Shown: positions 1 to 8,904 of the stretch, piece after piece
Layout: each line of letters begins with the position of its first letter
How positions within the stretch are numbered: the stretch's first letter is position 1
Translations under genes and position numbers: made by a program
The notes under the pieces: model-generated
Told to the model about the DNA's origin: nothing
Database searches by the model: none
Seen by the model: only the letters and a program-made list of their open reading frames with translations
DNA from: Amoebidium appalachense
Lineage: Eukaryota > Protista > Ichthyosporea
DNA length: 64,000 nt
Reading direction: 5' to 3'
NCBI GenBank assembly: GCA_963693365.1
Contig: CAVNZM010000010.1
Span: 8,948,554 to 9,012,553, forward strand

Positions 1-505
1 ATGTGTACACTGGCAGTTGTTTACAGGTGCGCGTTCTTTCGAACAAGCGGTCCAGCGCGTCTTCGATCTTGAACGGCGCGAGGTACTGATGGCTGCAGCC
101 GGCGGGAAGCGCGAAGCGCACCCGGTACTGGCCGGGGTTGTCGAGCAGCCCGTCCATGACCTTGCGATGGACCTCCCTCGCCAGCGCTGCCGTGAACGTG
201 CGCGCATCGACCCCCGTCCAGACCCACGGCGTGGGAAACAGTTCCCGGACTGCGACGACGAGGTTTCCGAGTTTCTTCGAGAACCGTGTGTGTTCGGAAA
301 CTTCACTGGGGCGCGAGAGCATACTCTCGATGTCTTCGGCTGGCACCTTTTCGTTTGTTTCCAGCTCCATAATCTGCTTGACGTACAACACCAGGTGGTG
401 GCCTGTGTACCCGCGCATGAACAACTCGCTGTCCTCGTGGTTGGCCAGAAAGGTGTGCACCAGGTCAAGGCACCGCACAACCACGCCTTCGCCGAGATCA
501 GGCAT
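1..505 (-). CDS. Fic/DOC-domain protein, N-terminal part (runs off the left edge)
   Basis: Manual translation from ATG at 505 is open to position 1: MPDLGEGVVVRCLDLVHTF...FTAALAREVHRKVMDGLLDNPGQYRVRFALPAGCSHQYLAPFKIEDALDRLFERT. This matches the Fic pre-motif pattern (H..lm.gl...pG.yR...y.pp..i...l..lf). The catalytic HPFxxGNGR motif would lie outside the window. Confidence 0.7.
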   Translation of the reverse strand, partial: MPDLGEGVVVRCLDLVHTFLANHEDSELFMRGYTGHHLVLYVKQIMELETNEKVPAEDIESMLSRPSEVSEHTRFSKKLGNLVVAVRELFPTPWVWTGVDARTFTAALAREVHRKVMDGLLDNPGQYRVRFALPAGCSHQYLAPFKIEDALDRLFERTRTCKQLPVYT

Positions 506-899
506 CACTTGTCTCTACACCGAGAGAAAAAACAGACATGTGCAACATGTTTCAATGTTTGAAATCCCCACGACGCGGGCATGCACGGCCGGCCGGGGAG
601 GGGCGGGGCGGGGCGGGGCACACAGGCCCGGCCCGGGAGGCAGGCGTGGCGCGTGCGCTGGGGAGAAACGCGGGCACCCCCAGCCACCCCAGCCCCCCAC
701 CGGGAACCAGCAGTCAACTCGGGGTTGGTTTGGGGTGTGTTGATTGGCCATTGTGAGTGCAGCGCCTGCTTCCTCCACAGCCAATGAGCGTCGAGTGCCA
801 TCGATCAGTTGTGTCCGATTGGAGAACATGTACAGCGGTGTAGGGCCGAATAGGGGATTTTGATTGGCGTCAGGTGAGAGCCCGGGACCGCCGCAGCCA

Positions 900-2118
900 A
901 TGGGAGACGACGGGACCACCCAACGGCTCGGCACAAGGGTACATAAGCAAAGACGGTGTTGTCAAAAGCACACTCTTGCTGCAGCGTGACAGTGGGCTTT
1001 TGGAATTGCCAACATGACGCACATTGAGCGTATTCACATTCTCGGTAAGGACCGCCAACCCCGGTTCGCCTACCAAGAGGACCTGTTCTACACGCTGCAC
1101 CTGCACCCCGAGGCGCCTGGCTCGATCCGCATGGGCACCGCCGCGATCTTCAGCACGAAGACAGGGGAGGAGAGGGTGTGGCCGGTCGACGTCATCCTCT
1201 CCGGGCCGGTACCGCGGCAGTTTGTCGACGAGGAGGGGCGGTGGACCCAGCCGGACAGTTCCACAGCCTGCGACGAAGCGATGGCCTGCGACGAAGCGAT
1301 GACCTGCGACGAAGCGATGGCCTGCGATGAAGCGGGGGCCTGTGACGACCCCCCGCTTCGTCGGGCGTGGCAGCGCGGTGTGGCGTGCACTGTACGACGA
1401 GCTCCAGGCGCCGGCGCTGCGCAGCCTCATCCCCGACGACACGGGCCTCGGGTTTCTCCTCCGCAAGTGCCCCCACCCCGACTTCGACGATGTGGACAAC
1501 GACAACGACGAGGTGATCACCGTCGAGGAGACTGAGCACGTCTGGGGTGTGAGGCTTGGGCAGGCGATGGCGGCTCCGACCGTGGTTCGGCCGCTCCACC
1601 AGGTCGTCGAGAGCGCGACGGTCCGCGCGGCACCGGTGCCGGACGAGCAGTGTTCCGTGTACGCATTGAACACGTTGGACAGCGACGAGGAGGCCAGGAC
1701 GGTAGAAATGTTTGAGGTCTGGCCGGTGCTTCATTGTGGGCAGCCCGCGCTGCGCCTGGGTCTCTACTACCTGCTGGCCGAGGGGGCGCTGGCCGAGCGC
1801 TTTGTGCCCCTGGACGTCATCGTCCAAGGCGACTGGGTCGAGGCCAAGATCGATGAGCACGGGACGTGGAGGGCCGGAGCGGTGGTTGGGCGAAGGGCGG
1901 TGGGCAGCGAGGATGCGTTCCACCTCCAGATTGACATTGCGCTCGACCAGCACATGGAGTTGGGGGTGCTGTCGCGGCAGATGCTGGGAATGGATGCTAC
2001 CAGGGTGGAGGTGCTTGAAGTTGACCCACGCAGAGTGTACGAGCTGGATTGTGACATGGACACCATGGAGTCCAAATTCTCGTTCGAGGGCCACGCGTTT
2101 AAGCATGCATTTTCGTGA
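900..2118 (+). pseudogene. Frameshifted paralog of the unknown gene at 2716-3870
   Basis: Near-identical to 2716-3870 but split into ORFs 1014-1535 and 1327-2118 by indels and an inserted 18-bp repeat block. Confidence 0.75.
1266..1349 (+). repeat. 18-bp tandem repeat GCCTGCGACGAAGCGATG, about 4.5 copies (encodes ACDEAM)
   Basis: Units at 1266, 1284, 1302, 1320 and a partial at 1338; absent from the paralog. Confidence 0.9.
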
Positions 2119-2715
2119 CAGACGGGTGAACCTTGCGAACTTGGTGATTGGTTGCGCATATGTGAGCCTAAACCCTAAGGGTTGTGTGGGGGGTGGGGGT
2201 GGGTGTGTATTTGCGTTGGTCATTTGCCCACAGGATGGGTCAAAACGCGCAGCGCGCAAATAAACCACAAAAACACACGAGCGCGCCCCACCGAGTGGCG
2301 CGCGAGGCGCGCGTGGCGCGCGTGGCCGGTGCCCTGTGTGCCACGCATGCCACGCATGCCCCCATGCCCCGCCCCGGCGCGGGAATTTTCACGCCGGGTT
2401 TTGGGCAGCCATGCACCGTGCAAGGGACCGTGCGGACGCGGTGGGGGCTTCAAGCAAGTTGACACCGGAGCAAAGGGACGCGCTGTACAAGGACTACATG
2501 ACCAACTGCGATATCTGTGCCAGTATCCACAACGACGTAGAAAACCGCGAGATCAGGTGTGTTGATTGGCCATTGTGAGTGCAGCGCCTGCTCCCTCCAC
2601 AGCCAATGAGCGTTGAGTGCCTTAGATCAGTTGTGTCCGATTGGAGAACATGTACAGCGGGCCAAATTGGGGATTTTGATTGGCGTCACGTGAGAGCCCG
2701 GGACCGCCACAGCCA

Positions 2716-3870
2716 ATGGGAGACAGCGGGGCCTCCCAACAGCTCGGCACAAGCGTACATAAGCACAGACGGTCTGTCAAAACCTCACACTTGCTGCAGC
2801 GTGACAAGTGGGCTTTTGGAATTGCCAACAAGACGCACATTGAGCGTATTCACATTCTCGGTGAGGACCGCGAGCCCCGGTTCGCCTACCACCCGGACCT
2901 GTTCTACACGCTGCACCTGCACCCCGAGGCGCCTGGCTCGATCCGCATGGGCACTGCCGCCGTCTACAGCACGAAGACGGGGGAGGAGAGGGTGTGGCCG
3001 GTCGACGTCATCCTCTCCGGGCCGGTACCGCGGCAGTTCGTCGACGAGGAGGGGCGGTGGACCCAGCGGGACACTTACACACCTCCCGACCCCTACTTCG
3101 TCGGGCGTGGCAGCGCGGTGTGGCGTGCACTGTACGACGAGCTCCAGGCGCCGGCGCTGCGCAGCCTCATCCCCGACGACACGGGCCTCGGGTTTCTCCT
3201 CCGCAAGTGCCCCCACCCCGACTTCGACGATGTGGACGACGACAAGGTGATCACCGTCGAGGAGACGGAGCACGTCTGGGGTGTGAGGCTTGGGCAGGCG
3301 ATGGCGGCTCCGACCGTGGTTCGGCCGCTCCACCAGGTCGTCGAGAGCGCGACGGTCCGCGCGGCACCGGTGCCGGACGAGCAGTGTTCCGTGTACGCAT
3401 TGAACACGTTGGCCAGCGTCGAGGAGGCCAGGACGGTAGAAATGTTTGAGGTCTGGCCGGTGCTTCATTGTGGGCAGCCCGCGCTGCGCCTGGGTCTCTA
3501 CTACCTGCTGGCCGAGCGGAAGCTGGCCGAGCGCTTTCTGCCCCTGGACGTCATCGTCCAAGGCGACTGGGTCGAGGCCAAGATCGACGAGCACGGGAAG
3601 TGGAGGGCCGGAGCGGTGGTTGGGCGAAGGGCGGTGGGCAGCGAGGATGCGTTCTACCTCCAGATTTACATTGCGCTCGGCCAGCACTTCGGGTTGGGGG
3701 TGCTGTCGCGGCAGATGCTGCAAATGGATGCTACCAGGAAGGAGGTGCTTTGTATTGCACCATGCAGAGTGTACGAGCTGGATTGTGACGTGGACACCAT
3801 GGAGTCCAAATTCCCGTTCGAGGGCCACACGTTTAAGTATCATTTTCGTGACAGACGGGTGAACCTGTAG
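2716..3870 (+). CDS. Hypothetical protein (~384 aa), intact copy
   Basis: Uninterrupted ORF from ATG 2716 with GC3-rich codons and a paralog at 900-2118. No family recognised. Confidence 0.7.
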   Translation: MGDSGASQQLGTSVHKHRRSVKTSHLLQRDKWAFGIANKTHIERIHILGEDREPRFAYHPDLFYTLHLHPEAPGSIRMGTAAVYSTKTGEERVWPVDVILSGPVPRQFVDEEGRWTQRDTYTPPDPYFVGRGSAVWRALYDELQAPALRSLIPDDTGLGFLLRKCPHPDFDDVDDDKVITVEETEHVWGVRLGQAMAAPTVVRPLHQVVESATVRAAPVPDEQCSVYALNTLASVEEARTVEMFEVWPVLHCGQPALRLGLYYLLAERKLAERFLPLDVIVQGDWVEAKIDEHGKWRAGAVVGRRAVGSEDAFYLQIYIALGQHFGLGVLSRQMLQMDATRKEVLCIAPCRVYELDCDVDTMESKFPFEGHTFKYHFRDRRVNL

Positions 3871-4429
3871 AACTTGGTGATTGCGCATATGTGAGCCTAA
3901 ACCCTAAGGGGTGTGTGGGGGTGGGGCTGGGTGTGTATTTGTGTTGGTTGCGCATATGTGAGCCTAACCCCTAAGGGTTGTGTGGGGGGTGGGGGTGTAT
4001 TTGTGTTGGTCATTTGCCCCAGGATGGGTCAAAACGCGCAGCGCGCAAATAAACCACAAAAACACACGAGCGCGCCCCACCGAGACTCGGGGGTGTAGGG
4101 GGCGGCGAGGCCCAGGAGGCCAAAAGGCCGCGTGATAAAACATTTTCCACTGTGTCAAAGTCGTGAGTGCAGTAGTATGCCAGGCCGCAGGCCACATGCA
4201 TACAACATTGTGTATCGGATTATCCGGGAGTACAAATGGCCCAGGGGGCAGCGAGAGGCCCGCCCGGCCCGCCCGCCCGGCGAGACGCGTGTGCCACGCA
4301 TGCCCCCATGCCCCGCCCCGGCGCGGGAATTTTCACGCCGGGTTTTGGGCAGCCACCCACCAATATGACCGATGGCCATTTTGGTTGTGTGTGCGCCTCC
4401 GCCGCTTCCGATTTTGTAGTCGAGGAGCA

Positions 4430-5904
4430 ATGAGTTCACGCCCGCGCGGCAGACCCCCGAAACGCGCCAGAACCGAGGAACCGGAGGACGATGACCCGCT
4501 CACCTCATGGTTCTCTGGGATTTGGCAGCTGACCGCCGACCGTGCAAGGGACCGTGCGGACGCGGTGGGGGCTTCAAGCAAGTTGACACCGGAGCAAAGG
4601 GACGCGCTGTACAAGGACTACATGACCAACTGCGATATCTTTGCCAGTATCCACAACGACGTAGAAAACCGCGAGATCACGACCCCAATCAGACAGATCG
4701 TCTTCCCGCCCGACGGTGACGGCCTCGAGCCACGCGACGAGGACCTGGCAGAGTTTATGAACATTAATGGGCTGAAGGAGGCGAAGCAGAAGCTTTTTGA
4801 AACCGTTATTGTTCCACGATTTGTGCCCGAACTGTTCCGCAGCCTGCGAACGCCTGGGCGGGGAATTCTGATGTTTGGTCCACCCGGGACCGGCAAGACG
4901 TTTATTGCGAGCAAGTTGGCGCAGGTGGGCAGGTCGACGTTTATGAACGTGTCGTCGGCTGTGCTCAACTCAAAGTGGGAGGGCAACTCGGAGAAGGCGG
5001 TGCAGGCAGTGTTTTCGCTCGCAAGGTGCCTGCGTCCCACTGTCATGTTTCTGGACGAGGCCGAGTCGATACTGGGCTCCCGAAACCGCAACAGTGCGAG
5101 CGGGTCGGGCAACTCGTACAAGATCACAAACCAGTTTCTTTCGGAGTACGACGGGCTGCGCAAGAACAATGACCATATGCTGTATGTGGCCGCGACAAAC
5201 CTGCCGTTCGACCTTGACCGGGCGATTCTGAGGCGATTCCCATTCGCGTGTTTGTTGACCTGCCGCTACCGATCGACATCCTCGAACTGATATTGGAGAA
5301 ATTGGACGAGTTCCAAGCGGAGTATCCCCTGAGCGTCGACCCAACGCTGCTAGTAGTTAATGACGGGGTTCACACCCCGCGAGAGGCCCTGCAGAAGTTG
5401 GCGTACTGGATGTTTCTCAAGTCGTATTCCACATCGGACATCCTCAATCTAATCAAGCAGGCTGCGACGGCGCCAATGTCTCGGCGCATTCGGGAGATTT
5501 TTCAGTCACCCTCGGGCACAGGCAGCTTTGCCGGAGAGCTCAAAGGGCTGATCGAAAGACAGCCCAAGCCACTGGCAGTGCGGGATTTCCTGTCGGCGGC
5601 AAATACTGTTCTCCCCGCGTTTACAAAGTTTGACGATGACATGGAATACACCGCGGACTACATCGAGCTATTTGCATTCAAGATCAATATTGAATGGCGG
5701 CGCGGCGAAACGATGCCCCCCGGGTTTGCACACGCACTCCAACAGCACAGGGATGCGGAGCTGAACCCAACCAGCTTGTGGGGACCCGAGGTTCCGACAT
5801 GGTACGTCCACGACGTCCGCGAGGGCAAGGATTACGCCCTTGGTCGTTACTACCAGGAGCAGGTGCTGCCGGAATTGGATATTGTGCTCATCGACGGCGA
5901 TTGA
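4430..5904 (+). CDS. AAA+ ATPase of the Vps4/katanin/spastin type with N-terminal AT-hook; 1-bp frameshift near 5245
   Basis: Walker A GPPGTGKT, pore loop SKWEGNSEK, Walker B VMFLDEAES, SRH AATNLPFDLDRAILRRF. The protein continues in another frame as VFVDLPLP to stop at 5904; restoring one C gives RRFPFRVFVDLP. N-terminus contains RPRGRPPK. Confidence 0.88.
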
Positions 5905-6175
5905 ACCCGGGTGTGTATTTTGGTAAGCAATTGGCAATCGATCAATGTGATCGATCGATAGCCATTCTGGTTGTGTGTGTGTGCCGTAACCCGCAGCCTG
6001 CAATCGGTCAATGTGACCGGTTGTCATTTTGCTAGGCACTGGGGTACTTGGCAGCCAAATGCCTCAAATTGAGGCCTTTGAAATGGTTAACCAGTGAAGT
6101 GGATGTGTTGCACCCTCCCGCTGGCCGGGTACAAAAGGCGCCGCGCGCAAAATAAAATCGCAGTCTTACTCTGAA

Positions 6176-7555
6176 ATGACTTCAAACACGTCTCCCCCAC
6201 CCTCTTACTCTCCCACCCCTCTTGGCCCCGACTGGCGCCCGCCCGCGGGCCACGAGTCGCGCGTGGACACGTCGTCGGTGCCCGCGTGGCCCGGCGTGCG
6301 CCCGTTCTTCGCGCCGGACGGGGAGAAGGTGCTGACGTACCTGACGAAGTTCGACGGGCACGTGTTCTTCAACGCGGGGTACTCGGCGATGATGGGGAGC
6401 AAGGAGACGGGTGTGAGAAAGAACCCGGTTGACTGGAAAAAGGACAATGCAAATACGATTTCGAAGGTTGTTTCGGTGGTGCAGGCGTCCCAGACGACAT
6501 TAGGGGATGCCCTAACGTCCTCTGTTGTGTCTTCCGATTGGTTGGTTAGACCGGCTTATGCAAACATCAAGAAACTACCCGCCGTGGGCAACCCGGACGG
6601 TTCTGTTGCCTACGCCTTCGCAACGCACGGTCTGATACCCGCCATCGAGATGTACCGCGGGACCTGGTTCGCGTTCGAGCTGACCGCGCCGTTTCTGCGC
6701 TACTGCTTTCCCGCGCTGCGGGACTTCTGGGACAACGTGATGGTCAAGTCGCACCTGGGCCAGATGGACTACTTCGCGGACCTGGTGCGCATCGCCGACC
6801 AAGGACGCGGCGACGGGGCCAAGACCAAGTCCGTGCACATCGACATGGAGGCCGCGGACGCGGAGGGCCCGCGCGCGGGCAAGCGTGAGCGCGAAGACGA
6901 CGGGGAGCAGCAGGTGGCCAAGCGCAACCCGCTGGACGCGATGCTGGAACCGGGCAACTGGTTCAAGCCGGGAGTGGATTTCGACACCGCGCTCGAGCAA
7001 CTCAACAAGTTCATCACCACCGCGCACCGCGACATCTGCACCAACTACTGCCCCGAGGCACTCGCGGCGGTCAAGCGCGCGGAGGAGGTAGAGCGACAGG
7101 AGCGGGCCAAGCAGGACACGATCCAGCGGGGCATCGACTCGACGCTTGCCATGGTGAAGGCAGTGCGCGAGATGAAGGCCGAGCTCAAGGGTCTGGACGT
7201 GCACTTTGTGGCCTGGCGGCAGCTGAACTTCGACTGGTCGCTCAAGGCGGCCGGTGGGGCGTGTGTGTATGCGCTGCACATCGACGGCTACATTAAGATC
7301 GGGCACACGGGCAACTCGCTTTTCCAGCGCTACAAGTATGACCTGTGGTCCCACGACATGAAGGAGCTCATCATCATATGTATGCCCCATCGCAACAAGA
7401 ACGAGGCGGACCAGTTCGAAAAGCTGGTGCAGAACCAGCTCAAGCAGGTGCGCGTGATGGTGGGCAACAAGCGCGAGATGTTCGCGGCGGACTACGTGCG
7501 CGTGTCAAACGCGTTCAAGGAGGTGTACGGGGACGACGACATCCGCTTTGTCTGA
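6176..7555 (+). CDS. KilA-N domain + C-terminal T5orf172 (GIY-YIG-like) domain protein
   Basis: KilA-N-like segments FFNAG...KNPVDWKK...YRGTWFAFELTAPFLRYCFP; central coiled coil; C-terminal VYALHIDGYIKIGHT...FEKLVQ...KREMF. Confidence 0.75.
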   Translation: MTSNTSPPPSYSPTPLGPDWRPPAGHESRVDTSSVPAWPGVRPFFAPDGEKVLTYLTKFDGHVFFNAGYSAMMGSKETGVRKNPVDWKKDNANTISKVVSVVQASQTTLGDALTSSVVSSDWLVRPAYANIKKLPAVGNPDGSVAYAFATHGLIPAIEMYRGTWFAFELTAPFLRYCFPALRDFWDNVMVKSHLGQMDYFADLVRIADQGRGDGAKTKSVHIDMEAADAEGPRAGKREREDDGEQQVAKRNPLDAMLEPGNWFKPGVDFDTALEQLNKFITTAHRDICTNYCPEALAAVKRAEEVERQERAKQDTIQRGIDSTLAMVKAVREMKAELKGLDVHFVAWRQLNFDWSLKAAGGACVYALHIDGYIKIGHTGNSLFQRYKYDLWSHDMKELIIICMPHRNKNEADQFEKLVQNQLKQVRVMVGNKREMFAADYVRVSNAFKEVYGDDDIRFV

Positions 7556-7752
7556 TTCTGGATGTATCTGGATGTCCGTGAACCAGTCACGGACTTCTGT
7601 GTTCACGAACCGCACCTATAAAACCGTCTACTTCGCATCATCTTTGAAGATCACGAATCACTCAAGCAATCACTCAAGATGAGTGATTGCCAGTTGGTTT
7701 GCATCCAAGTTGCGCATATAAAACGCCGACTCGCACGAGAGATGTGTGCAGA

Positions 7753-8411
7753 ATGGACTTCATCGAGCGTCTGAAACAAAACGAGATTCCCTACCCACAG
7801 GGAAGTACACAGTGGCTGCGCGCGCGCGCATCCATGCTCACGGCCTCGGACGTGGGCGCAGCGCTGGGGGTGAACCCGTACGAGACGCGGAAGGACCTGA
7901 TCGAGCACAAGTCCGGGCTGAAGCGGCGGGTCGTGGACCCCGTGTTCGTGGCATTCGGACACAAGCACGAGGCCAACGCGGCGGACGCGTACATGCGCGC
8001 GACGGGGCGCTCGTGCATCGAGCTTGGGCTGATCCGGCACGCGGAGCACCGGTGGCTGGGGGCGAGCCCGGACCGGGTGACGCTGTGCGGGCGCGCGGTG
8101 GAGATCAAGGTGCCGTACAAGCGCAAGTTCATGGACGGACAGCCGATCCCCGAGCACTATGTGGCGCAGGTGGTCGGACACAGCTGTTTGTGCTGGGGCT
8201 GGAGGTCGCGGACTTTGTGCAGTTCGACCCGCGCGACGGGTCGCTGCGCATCGACGAGATCCCGCGGGACAAGGAGTGGTGGGCCAAGCACGGCAAGACA
8301 TTAATGAGTTTTCAGGCCAAAGTGTTAGACATACGTGCAGATCACGAGCTGCAGGGATGGGAGACAGAGGACCAAGACACAGCGATTTGTCACATTCCCG
8401 ATTTTATATAA
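7753..8411 (+). CDS. YqaJ-like viral recombinase / lambda-type exonuclease; frameshift near 8178
   Basis: Motifs QGSTQWLRAR, LTASDVGAALG.NPY, FGHKHE, WLGASPDR, VEIKVPY, IPEHYVAQV. An extra CA (GGA CA CAG CTG) shifts the frame to QLFVLGLEVADFVQFDP...IPRDKEWW. Confidence 0.9.
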
Positions 8412-8635
8412 GCTCACAGGGCAGTGTGTATAGATGGACACAATCCACCGACTACACCCCGGCCCCGGCCATCAGCCGCAGTAGCGGCATCGGCAGTATA
8501 TATACGACAAAGGGATGTACGGTAAGATAGAGCATCAACAGGTACCGCTTTATCAAATTTTGTTTTTTTGTGTAAGTGTGCTGGTCCGGGAGGCCAGGTG
8601 CCTGTATGGTGGGTGAAAATGGATCCTGTGACACC

Positions 8636-8902
8636 ATGACTGCTTTATGGTTAATATATTATGCAATGAAGCCCAAGTATGTCAAGGGACGGTATTGTAG
8701 AAGAGGCAAACGGATCTACCGCCGAAAGCTCCGAAACGCACGAAAAAAGTACAAAGTCCAAAAGAAACATCTAAAACGCATATGGGAACCATCCTATCGT
8801 GTACTTGACTATGTGACCGGCATACCGACCATGACAACCAAAAACGGGTGGGACATCACAAGCTACGAGTACCCCCTACACTACAACATTTCCCGTATGT
8901 AA
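8636..8902 (+). CDS. Small basic (K/R-rich) hypothetical protein
   Basis: Short ORF rich in Lys/Arg ending tail-to-tail with the next gene. No family recognised and the start is uncertain. Confidence 0.35.
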   Translation: MTALWLIYYAMKPKYVKGRYCRRGKRIYRRKLRNARKKYKVQKKHLKRIWEPSYRVLDYVTGIPTMTTKNGWDITSYEYPLHYNISRM

Positions 8903-8904
8903 GT

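Larger units (their letters stand above)
736..4679 (+). repeat. Tandem segmental duplication, ~736-2555 versus ~2556-4679
   Basis: Both units start with GTGTTGATTGGCCATTGTGAGTGCAGCGCC and share the gene and its downstream region. Positions 2416-2555 copy AAA-gene sequence 4540-4679. Confidence 0.9.

Noticed and set aside
17-743. Plus-strand ORFs 17-562 and 138-743
   Set aside because: Antisense shadows of the minus-strand Fic-like frame.
5235-5260. Programmed ribosomal frameshift in the AAA gene
   Set aside because: No slippery heptamer is visible; a single missing C restores the expected sequence.
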